Below, in pieces: positions 29,584 to 38,605 of a stretch of 64,000 nt of DNA; the stretch's first letter is position 1, and every line of letters starts with the position of its first letter. The stretch is from assembly GCA_031422435.1 (NCBI GenBank), contig JANPLU010000128.1, positions 32,001-96,000 of the forward strand, written 5' to 3'. The position numbers and the translations under genes were made by a program. The DNA comes from Acaryochloridaceae cyanobacterium VAR_48_metabat_390. GTDB lineage: Bacteria; Cyanobacteriota; Cyanobacteriia; Thermosynechococcales; Thermosynechococcaceae. Below the pieces are notes generated by a model. It was not told the origin of the DNA and did no database searches. It saw only the letters and a program-made list of their open reading frames with translations.

Positions 29584-29623
29584 GATCGCCTTGCCCAAGA
29601 TTTTGCTTGCGTGGGGCGATCGC
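29584..29623 (+). repeat. 40-bp HIP1-bounded hairpin repeat, copy 4
   Basis: GATCGCCTTGCCCAAGATTTTGCTTGCGTGGGGCGATCGC, 2 mismatches to copy 1. Confidence 0.92.
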
Positions 29624-29635
29624 ATTCCCTTGAGT

Positions 29636-30970
29636 CTAGAGTGTGAACGTCGCTAGATCTTCATCCACCGTAGCGTTTTGGGCGATCAACGATTTTGTAG
29701 CTGGTGTTTTTGCCATGCTCACCCCAGACTCTACTCTAATATCCGTTTGGGAAATCAGCTCTGACACTTGTGCTTGAGGGTTCTGGTCAAGGACAGCTAA
29801 CAGGTTTACAAACGCCGTAATAGTATTGCGAGGGGTACGAAAATAAGCATCTCCAATGCGCTGGGAGCAGTGAGCCATAAAGTTCTGGATGCCTCCATCT
29901 GAGATGAGATAGTCTTTGACCTCCCCAGCAGCATAGACGTAACGAATCTTACCCAGCAGCACATAAAGATCCTCTGGGCTGAGATTGGTTAATCGTAAGA
30001 CTGGACCGCTGTAGTCTACCAGTCCATTCGCTGCAAAGGTATTTACTGCCAACCTTGACTGTAGCGCCGGGTAGCTATAAAGCCCTCGGCGAGTATCGGT
30101 CAAAAACTCAGGAGTGCCGCCAAGCAGTACGCCCAGCCCCACAGCGGTTCCTTGCAGCACATCATTCAAAATTCGCAAGATTTGTTCGTAGTTGCTTTTG
30201 CGCGCTTGGACGTTAGACAGCTTAAATAAATTGACCAATTCATCCCAGCAGATTAGTAAGCCTCCGTAGCCAGACAGCCGCACCAACTGCGCCATCAGCT
30301 TGAGCTGATCGTATACATTCTCATCGTCTACGATGGTGCGAACGCCCAAGGCCTGCCGCGCCTCAAGCTTTGAACTAAACTCCCCCCGCAGCCATCGGAC
30401 AGCACTTGTTTTAAGGGTTTCATCGCTGGCATCATGACCCCGCCAGTAGGCTGCAATCACTTCGGCAAAATCATAACCGCCTACCATTTCTGAGAGATGC
30501 GCTAGCCGCTCCCGAATAACGGCTTCGGGACTAAGACTGCGATCGCGGCCTTCACTAATGGCTGAGGTCACAAAGCGCTCAACCACACTTGCCAAGGCAC
30601 CCCCCTCTGGCTTAGTGCGAGTGGAGAGATTCCGCATGAGTTCGGTGTAGAGCGATCGCGCTTGGCCTCCGGTGGCGTGGAGTCGGCGGTCAGGAGTAAG
30701 ATCTGCATGAACCGTCACCAGCTTTTCCTGAAGAGCAATAGAGCGCACCAAAGCCAGAAAAAAAGTTTTACCAGAGCCATACTCGCCAATAACAAACCGA
30801 ATAGTAGAGCCGCCCTCCGCAATCCGCTTCACATCTTGAATGAGCGCCTCTAGCTCGCGCGCTCGCCCCACCTGAATCAGCGGCAAACCCGTACGAGGCA
30901 CCACCCCAGCTCGCAGAGACTGAATCACCGCATCGCGCTCTTTCACCTTAATTACGGGGATTTTAGTCAC
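29636..30970 (-). CDS. DUF2791 (BrxD/SngB-like) P-loop ATPase
   Basis: SLRAGVVP..GL, GEYGSGKTF, WDELVN, GLYSYPALQSRL. Confidence 0.85.
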   Translation of the reverse strand: MTKIPVIKVKERDAVIQSLRAGVVPRTGLPLIQVGRARELEALIQDVKRIAEGGSTIRFVIGEYGSGKTFFLALVRSIALQEKLVTVHADLTPDRRLHATGGQARSLYTELMRNLSTRTKPEGGALASVVERFVTSAISEGRDRSLSPEAVIRERLAHLSEMVGGYDFAEVIAAYWRGHDASDETLKTSAVRWLRGEFSSKLEARQALGVRTIVDDENVYDQLKLMAQLVRLSGYGGLLICWDELVNLFKLSNVQARKSNYEQILRILNDVLQGTAVGLGVLLGGTPEFLTDTRRGLYSYPALQSRLAVNTFAANGLVDYSGPVLRLTNLSPEDLYVLLGKIRYVYAAGEVKDYLISDGGIQNFMAHCSQRIGDAYFRTPRNTITAFVNLLAVLDQNPQAQVSELISQTDIRVESGVSMAKTPATKSLIAQNATVDEDLATFTL

Positions 30971-31701
30971 GACAGCAGCTCCTGCAAAATATCTAGATTC
31001 ACTTCAAGGGGGTCTTCTCCCTCCGTTAAGGCTTCGTCACAACGCTCAAAGGCGGCTTCATTAATCAGCTCTAGGGCACCATCTAACAGAAGGTCTAACC
31101 GTTGAGCAACCCCCATAAGATCTGCGCGGCTCCATAGAGTTTTCTGTGTCAGGGTTTTCAGAAATGTGGCATGGGCAGCATCTAAGCTTAGAGTGGTTTC
31201 AGGAGATGAAGGGATAGAAGGTGCCTCAATGAAAACAGACTGAAGGAGCTGAGTGGCTTCTGCTGATTCACGCTCCTTGGCTTGAACAAGATCTAAGTTC
31301 AGGCTAAAGGGTAGCGATACCTCTAATTTAGATTCAGAAAAAGGCATTGAATCGCCAGCAGGTTCAGCCGTAATGTCAACTTTAGGCGTTCGTTTTTTTC
31401 GGGCACGCTTTTGGGTTAGCTCAGCAACCTGGGCGACGAGATCAGCATTATCAGCCTGGAGCTGAACCAGCTCAATCGCGCGATCGGTGGCAATCTGGTT
31501 GAGTTCAGCGACCCGCGTTTCTAGAGCGGTGCGTTGAGTGAGAGCAGCCGTTAGCTCCCGCTGAACTTTGTCCAACTGCTGTTGAAGCTGCTGTGTATTA
31601 TTTTGGGACTGTTTGACCGTAATCTCAACACGCTGGGCTTGCGTGCGCCACCAATAGAGACCTATTCCCAACGCTCCACCAATCCAAATATCTCGCAGCA
31701 T
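30967..31701 (-). CDS. TerB-C domain protein with TM anchor and coiled coil (short SngA-like)
   Basis: C-terminal LDAAH..FL..L....WSR..L..A....LLLDGALE.INE.AF TerB-C pattern; overlaps the ATPase start. Confidence 0.75.
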   Translation of the reverse strand: MLRDIWIGGALGIGLYWWRTQAQRVEITVKQSQNNTQQLQQQLDKVQRELTAALTQRTALETRVAELNQIATDRAIELVQLQADNADLVAQVAELTQKRARKKRTPKVDITAEPAGDSMPFSESKLEVSLPFSLNLDLVQAKERESAEATQLLQSVFIEAPSIPSSPETTLSLDAAHATFLKTLTQKTLWSRADLMGVAQRLDLLLDGALELINEAAFERCDEALTEGEDPLEVNLDILQELLS

Positions 31702-31808
31702 GTTGATTTATATTCATCAAGTTGCAACACACAATAGCGCAAACTGTGTGCAATAAGCCTGATTTAGGGTTGTACCGCTTAATATCAGCGCGTTGACTTA
31801 AACCAATG

Positions 31809-32030
31809 CTAGTCAATATTGATTGACTGAGGCCCACTACCGTTGCTGCCATTACCCTCAGACGGCATATTAGAAGGCGACACCGTCACGCCTAGCTCTC
31901 GATCTAACCAAGTTCTGACCGGATCTTCAGATAGATTGAGTCGCAGTAAGCCTGATGCAAACCCGCCCAGAAACGCAACAGGCTTCTGAACTAGTTCTTG
32001 AAAAATAGGGGATAGTTCTTGCACAAACAT
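31809..32030 (-). CDS. Conserved cyanobacterial hypothetical protein
   Basis: PVAFLGGFASGLLRLNL.EDPV..WL..GPQSI.ID pattern. Confidence 0.75.
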   Translation of the reverse strand: MFVQELSPIFQELVQKPVAFLGGFASGLLRLNLSEDPVRTWLDRELGVTVSPSNMPSEGNGSNGSGPQSINID

Positions 32031-32278
32031 AGCAACCTCGCACACCTTAACAATTTGATCTTAACGGGTAACCCAAAAAAAGGTTTTAACCAATCTACTT
32101 TCCCTCGGCCTTAGTTAAAGACTGATTTCTAGGCATTAGCTCAACATATTATAATAGCCAGGGAAGTTTATCGATACGGCAACCCACGCTTATCCAGCCA
32201 GCTTCAAACTGTTAGAGCCAAGCCTTCTACCAAACGTGGGCTTAGGCCTACTCACAGTGGAGAAACACTCCTCCTTGC

Positions 32279-32311
32279 AAAAAAGGGTCTGCAGCTTGCA
32301 GACCCTTTTTT
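32279..32311 (-). terminator. Intrinsic terminator after tsf
   Basis: AAAAAAGGGTCTGCA-GCT-TGCAGACCCTTTTTT. Confidence 0.85.
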
Positions 32312-32329
32312 ATAACAGTTCTAGTTCAA

Positions 32330-33052
32330 TTACTTCTTTTTTTTGCCCGTGCTTTTGGGTTCAGAAGGTTTTTCTTCGGCTGCTGCCGCTGGAGCAGCTT
32401 GCCCTGCGGTGGCTGCAACTTCGTCTGCCAAGTTAGAGACAGGCTTATCAATGCCTTCACCCAGCACAAATCGGCTAAAGCGACGCACCTGGATGTTTTC
32501 GCCCAGCTTAGAGATGCTTTGCTTAATCAGCTCTTCGACCGTAATGCTTTGGTCTTTAATGTAAGGCTGGTTGAGTAGGCACAGCTCTTGCATGACCTTA
32601 TCGACTTTGCCCTGCACAATTTTTTCTTTCACGCCTTCGGGCTTACCCTTGAGCGTGTCAGATTCGAGGGCGATCGCCTTTTCACGGGCAACAAAGTCAG
32701 CCGGAATTTCACCGACGTGAACATAGGAAATATTAGGACAAGCCGCAATCTGCTTGGATATATCCTGGACTAGTGCCTTAAATTCTTCGTTACGAGCAAC
32801 GAAGTCGGTTTCGCAGTTAACTTCAACCAGTACACCAATCTGTCCGCCAAAGTGGATATAGCTACCCACTAAGCCTTCAGCGGCAACCCGACCTGACTTT
32901 TTACCCGCAGAGGCTAACCCCTTTTTACGGAGGTAGTCTACTGCCTGTTCTAGATCGCCGTCAGTTTCCTGAAGCGCTTTTTTGCAATCCATCATCCCTG
33001 CGCCGGTTTTTTCGCGCAGTTCTTTCACATCTTTTGCTGAAATCTCTGCCAT
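32330..33052 (-). CDS. tsf: Elongation factor Ts
   Basis: [29 protein letters not shown]. Confidence 0.97.
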   Translation of the reverse strand: MAEISAKDVKELREKTGAGMMDCKKALQETDGDLEQAVDYLRKKGLASAGKKSGRVAAEGLVGSYIHFGGQIGVLVEVNCETDFVARNEEFKALVQDISKQIAACPNISYVHVGEIPADFVAREKAIALESDTLKGKPEGVKEKIVQGKVDKVMQELCLLNQPYIKDQSITVEELIKQSISKLGENIQVRRFSRFVLGEGIDKPVSNLADEVAATAGQAAPAAAAEEKPSEPKSTGKKKK

Positions 33053-33233
33053 GATGCTGCCTCAGATGTTCTCTAATGTCAAAATACGCTATGGATTCAA
33101 GAGTAATGTGTTGCGGTTAAAACGCGCAGCACACGAGATTTATGCATCTCATTTGAGCCTACACAGTTTTTAGATGGGGCTTAGTCTTAAATTCTAGGGT
33201 GCGATAGGTTTGTCGCACCCTAAAACACGAGTT

Positions 33234-34019
33234 TTACTCTTCTGAATCTCCGGTGGCTTCGGTGCCGTCGTAGGCTACATCGTCTTCGTATACTGTATCG
33301 TCTTCGTCGTAGTCGAAGTCTGCGCCGCCTTCCACTTCGCCATGTCGCCCTTCGTAAATGGCATCTGCCAATTTACCCACGATAAGCTTAATGGAGCGGA
33401 TTGCATCGTCGTTTGCAGGGATGGGGATGTCTACCCAATCTGGATCGCAGTTGGTGTCGAGCAGCGACACGATGGGCAGACCCAGCTTTTGGCATTCCTG
33501 CACGGCGTTATATTCACGGCGCACATCCACCATGATCACGACATCTGGCAGCTTGCTCATTTGCTTGAGTCCACCGAGATACTTTTCGAGCTTTTCGAGT
33601 TCACGACGGAGTTTAGAAGCTTCTTGCTTAGGCAGTAGTTCAAAAATGCCGCTGTCGTGTCGTCGCTCTAGATCTTTGAGGCGATCAATTCGGGTTTTGA
33701 TGGTGGTCCAGTTGGTGAGCATTCCACCTAGCCAACGCTGGTTGACGTAGTAGCTACCGCAGCGGGCGGCTTCTTGAGCCACAATGCCAGCGGCTTGGCG
33801 CTTAGTACCCACAAACAAAAAGCGTTTGCCAGATTCTGCTGCTGAGCGAACATAGTAGTAGGCATCATCCATGAGCTGGGCGGTTTGCACCAAGTCAATG
33901 ATGTGGACGCCATTGCGCTCAGTAAAGATGTAGCTAGACATCTTAGGGTTCCAGCGGCGCGCTTGATGACCGAAGTGAACTCCGGCCTCAAGCATTTGAG
34001 CGAGACCAATAACGGGCAT
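33234..34019 (-). CDS. rpsB: 30S ribosomal protein S2
   Basis: [26 protein letters not shown]. Confidence 0.98.
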   Translation of the reverse strand: MPVIGLAQMLEAGVHFGHQARRWNPKMSSYIFTERNGVHIIDLVQTAQLMDDAYYYVRSAAESGKRFLFVGTKRQAAGIVAQEAARCGSYYVNQRWLGGMLTNWTTIKTRIDRLKDLERRHDSGIFELLPKQEASKLRRELEKLEKYLGGLKQMSKLPDVVIMVDVRREYNAVQECQKLGLPIVSLLDTNCDPDWVDIPIPANDDAIRSIKLIVGKLADAIYEGRHGEVEGGADFDYDEDDTVYEDDVAYDGTEATGDSEE

Positions 34020-34293
34020 ATTTCTTTCTCCTATTCGGGTTTATCCTCCATCTGAGGGGATTTCAGCGCCTAGCTGGGCAAGCTGGAAACACCCGAATTC
34101 TCAGATGTGTGATTTTTAGACAACTCTGCTAGGGTAACATACCTGATGTTTGAGTTGAATACCTGAAATTAGGCGGCAATGGTGTTGTGAGCCTATGGGA
34201 ACACAATCTCAGCTCTCGTTTTGTCGCTAATTCAGCCCTCTAATCAACATCCTGTTGAAGGGATATGTTCTATGTTCTCGGCTAAATTTAGCC

Positions 34294-37200
34294 TTAAGCG
34301 CAGGTTTGCCAGAGCGCATCAATGGCTGAACCTAGGTTAGGAAAATCTGAATGCTGCTCAATCCACTGGACTATTATTGGTTGATTCTCAGTGCTAGATT
34401 TACCTAACTTTCCTAATGCCATAGCTGCTCTAAACCGCACAAATGAGTATTCATCCTTGAGGAAGCCTAACAGTCCCTGTAATACAATTTCTGAGCGATC
34501 ACCCAGTTTCAAAAATGCGGTGACGGCATCAGCACGCATATCGGCCTTTGGATCCTCTAGGAGGTTGAGAAGTTCGTTAACCACAGCTTCAGAGCGATCT
34601 CCCAAGTTCACCAATGTCTCTGCGGCCCCATAACAGACATATGAATTTTCATCTCTAAGCAGTGCGAGGAGTTTTGAGTAAATCTGATTTAAGAGACCGT
34701 CCAAGTGCCCTAATGCATCTGCTACCTCGCGAGGCACATATGAGTTTCCATTTCTATACAGTCTAATAAGAGCTTGGCGCACAGCTTCGGAGATATCACC
34801 TAATTCCATTAGTTTCTTAACTGCTCGAACACAAGTGTATGGGTGTGTATCCTTAAGTAGGTCAGTAAGAGCTTGGCGCACAGCTTCAGAGGTATCACCT
34901 AATTCCACTAGCTTCTCTGCTGCTCGAATACGCACCTCTGAGTTTTCATCCTTAAGTAGAATGAGAAGAGCTTGGATTAAAACTCTAGAGCAGTCATCCA
35001 AGAATACTAATGCATCTATTGCTAGATGGCGAACTGCTGGGTCTTTATTCTTAAGTAGTGTCCTGAACGCTTGTTGGAGAGAATCTTTAGTCCAATCACC
35101 GATGAAACTCAAAGCATATGCTGCAAGACAACAGACTTCGTAATCTTCATCCTTAAGCAGTTCAATGAAAGTCTGGCACATAGCTTCGGAGGTATCAGCC
35201 AATTCCACTAATTTCCTTGCTGCTCGAACACGCACCTCTGAGCTTTTATCCTTAAGAAGGTTAATCAGGATTTCAAGGGCAATCTTTTTTTCTCCCAAAT
35301 TTATTTGAAAATCTAGAAATCTATCTTGATCAATTTGAGCTTTTGAAGCTTTCAAATAGGTTAAGACTTTGACATCAAAAGCAGTTTCCTTAAGCCAACT
35401 GAAATCTCAAAGGTTTCTTTTTTGATCGATCTTCCAATTCGTTTTTCATCGTCTGTTTCTAGAGTAACAAGCCGTTGTAATATTTCTGAAACAGTTCCTA
35501 GTGATGCGGGCGCTAATTTTTCTGGGTCTTCGGTCAAACAATGCCCTGCAAAAAGCAAATCTCGATGCAGCCATTTCTCATACTGACTATTCCGTCGCAA
35601 AATAACCTCGATAGCCTTTGCTGCTTTTTTCCCCTGTAACTGACTAACAAGCAGCAAAATTACTTCTCTCCAATGAGAATTGTGTAAATGGGTTTGAATT
35701 GCCTCGTAGATCAGTTCTGAATTATCTTCGTACTCTGCTTGGTTCAGAATTGCTTCTGCCGTCAAATATTCCTGAAACGTCTTATGCACAAAAGCATAAC
35801 GACCCCGCCCATACTCATTCAACAAACCCGACCGATCTCGAATAAACGCCACAAATCGCTCCGCCTCCTCCTTTGCCTGATGGAGCTTCACCTGCGGGTA
35901 TTCCTGCCGAATAATTAGGCTTAACTGGGTAAGCAACTCCCCTTCTTCAATCACTGTGCCGCTTTCCGTTGTCTGGGTTTCGTACTGGGTATGTATCCAG
36001 TAAGCCAACTGACTCATCACCCGCCGCAAATCATCATCTCGATCTAGATGCTTAAATTCCCCATAGGTTTCTCCCTTCCCCTTACGATCCCAACTTTTCA
36101 GCAGCGTATCCACCGCACGGTCATAAAGCTTATATCGCCGCTTCGGCAACGTATCCTGATAGCGATGAATCAACGCCACCATCGTCAACAGCAGTGGGTT
36201 CCTCACCAGATCTTGCAAACGATCTTTACTCTTGAGCGCATCCTGCAAATCCCGAATCATCTCCTGCGCCTCCGCCGCATTTTCGCAGCGGTTTTCATAC
36301 CAATGCTCAATAAACTCCTGAATTTGCGCCTCATTAAATAGCTCTAACTCAAAATGCGGATAGGCATCCGTACGGAAATAATCTCGCCGATAGCCCCAAG
36401 GACGCGACGTAATCACCGCCCAATTATTCTCATGGGCCGCCAAAAAGCAGTTAATCTTTTCCACCAGCGCCGCACGGGTCGAATCTTCCGCCACCTCATC
36501 TAAGCCATCTAGCAACAGCAGCGCCTGTCCCTCCGTCCAATGCTCCAAAAATCCCGTCGGCAAATCCACTTGCAGCGTATTCTCAGCAAAATCTCGCACC
36601 TGATCTAGCAAAGACCGTTCAGGATACTTCGCCCAATCCCGCATATAAACCAAAATCGGCAACCGCTCCACACCTTCCGGCAAGCCAATCTCAGCCCCTT
36701 TCTCCCCAGCCGCCATCACCGCCAAATACCGCATCAGCGTCGTCTTCCCTGTCCCTGGATCGCCCAACACCACCACCCGCTGCCGCGTTGTCGCCCTCAA
36801 TATTTCGTGCGCCAACATCGATCGCCCCCGCTGTTGAGCATGGCGATCGCGCTGTTCTTGCCACAGTTGTGCTTGTCGCTCCGTCAACTGCTCAGGGCGT
36901 TCTGGCAATAACCGCTCAGGACTGAATGCTAATTTTGTAACCTCTTCCGACACATTCGGCACCACAAAAATATCCAGCAGCCGCGCCGCCCGATGATCCT
37001 CACGGGCGCTAACATCAATCCCGACAAACTTCACATCCTCACAGCTCGTAATCAGCCGATCTCGGTATTCCCGCAGCTTGGCACGGTAGCGGATAAACGT
37101 ATTCGTTTGTTCAAAATACGTCTCCACAAAAATCCGCAGCCATTGTACAAGCTGTTCTGGTTCCACGGATTTCATGCGAGGCGTTGCTTTGGCTGCCTGC

Positions 37201-37496
37201 TCAAAGGCAACCCTTAAAACCTCAACATCCGGTTTTTCTGCACCCTTCTGCAACTCTTCTAGACCAATGCCACCACCCAAAAACGCCTGCAAAAACCCTT
37301 CAACCCGATCTTTATCATCTGCATTCAGCGATGGCACCAGTTCAGCTTTTGCTTGAGCTTTATTCAATGTAACTTCAAGCGCTTTTTCAACCTCGCTTTT
37401 GCTGAGTTGCTGGGAAACGCCGCTAATCCCAGCCTCTACAACCCTACGGGCGATCGCCCCTACAATGGCCTTTCCAAACCCTAATTCCCAAACCAT
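34294..37496 (-). pseudogene. NACHT NTPase with C-terminal HEAT repeats, split by a single frameshift near 35403
   Basis: ORF 35361-37496 has GDPGTGKT, LLLDGLDE, NPLLLT, FVHKTFQEYL; ORF 34294-35355 is HEAT repeats; the HEAT frame is open upstream through FSWLKETAFDVKVLTYLK, overlapping the NACHT tail. Confidence 0.7.
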
Positions 37497-37597
37497 CTGC
37501 GATCACTCTCCACCTTCATCCCTCTGTCATTTTAGGTGAGGGAAAATGGCGATCGCAGTTTTACGACTGAAGTAACGGGTTCTTTTGAGCTTGTTTT

Positions 37598-38515
37598 TCA
37601 GGAATGCGATTGCAGCCAGTCATCCAAATCAGCCATCTCAGTAAAATCCAACAGCGCCTCACCCAGTGCTTCAACTTGGGTAACAGATAAAGCTTGAAGT
37701 TGGGACTCCACAGATGAAGTCAACGTCCCAATACGTCGGTTGAGTAGTCGAAGAACAATAGATCTCTCCCCATCTTGCCGCCCACGCTGTAGACCTTGTT
37801 GCAAGCCCTCTTCTAAAGTCTCTTGCCGCCACTTCTCGTAAACCGGAGTCAAATTCATCGCCAAAGCCCTCTCGTCCGTGGTTAAATTCTGCCCTATATT
37901 CAAGCTAATTTGCAACACCGCCAAATGCTCCATCGTTTTACGCTTCATCGAGTGGTCTGACGGTAAAGCCAATAACTCAGAAATCGCCCTTCGCTGCACC
38001 CCATCTCGCCCCATTAATCGTAGCCATAGCGTTGTCTCATCCACCGGAAGCTGATGAATTGCCACCAGCGCCGTGCGAAACTGCGGCGGTAGAAAGTAAA
38101 ATCCCGTAGACCAACTGGGGTCGTATCCTGCACCAAATCCCAGCACCACGCGCTCAGAAACGGTTGGGCTTAAAATCCATAATCGAGGCAAAGCCGATTC
38201 GAGCAAAGATTTTTTCTCTCGTTTCGCCTGCCGCCGAAAGACTTCGGTCAAATCAATCAGCTTGCCAACGCAGCTACTCACATCCTGAAATTGGACAGAG
38301 TTGCGAAACGGTTCAATAACACAGCACTGAACCGCCATGCGACCCAACAATCCCAAGGCAAACAAACCTTCTTGAGCTTCATCATGGGGTGAAAACCACA
38401 GGTCAACCTCACGGGTTTCACTGGTTACTTTACGACTGGTCGTAACCGTCCCCAACGATTCAAGTAATGCTTCAAGATGTTGTTTGGCAAACAGATCGTG
38501 ATGGGTACGAGTCAT
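37598..38515 (-). CDS. DUF4351 / Rpn-like protein
   Basis: HDLFAKQ.L, REVD.WF, IEPFR, TLWLRLMGR; C-terminal LEALGEALLDF..DL..WL (DUF4351). Confidence 0.8.
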   Translation of the reverse strand: MTRTHHDLFAKQHLEALLESLGTVTTSRKVTSETREVDLWFSPHDEAQEGLFALGLLGRMAVQCCVIEPFRNSVQFQDVSSCVGKLIDLTEVFRRQAKREKKSLLESALPRLWILSPTVSERVVLGFGAGYDPSWSTGFYFLPPQFRTALVAIHQLPVDETTLWLRLMGRDGVQRRAISELLALPSDHSMKRKTMEHLAVLQISLNIGQNLTTDERALAMNLTPVYEKWRQETLEEGLQQGLQRGRQDGERSIVLRLLNRRIGTLTSSVESQLQALSVTQVEALGEALLDFTEMADLDDWLQSHS

Positions 38516-38605
38516 CCAGGGAAATTAATGGTGCATTGCGCCAACCATCGTACTACACCGCTATCACAACCCACTCTCTTAGCTACGGTTATAGCCCAAC
38601 CAGAA

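Noticed and set aside
27358..29623. 40-bp repeats as a CRISPR array
   Set aside because: The intervals are about 700 bp and contain whole genes; no cas genes are present.
27358..29623. 40-bp repeats as classical attC sites
   Set aside because: No RYYYAAC/GTTRRRY boxes, shorter than typical attC, one cassette is inverted, and no integrase is in the window.
29636..30970. Complete BREX system
   Set aside because: Only a BrxD-like ATPase is present; no pglX, pglZ or brxC in the window.
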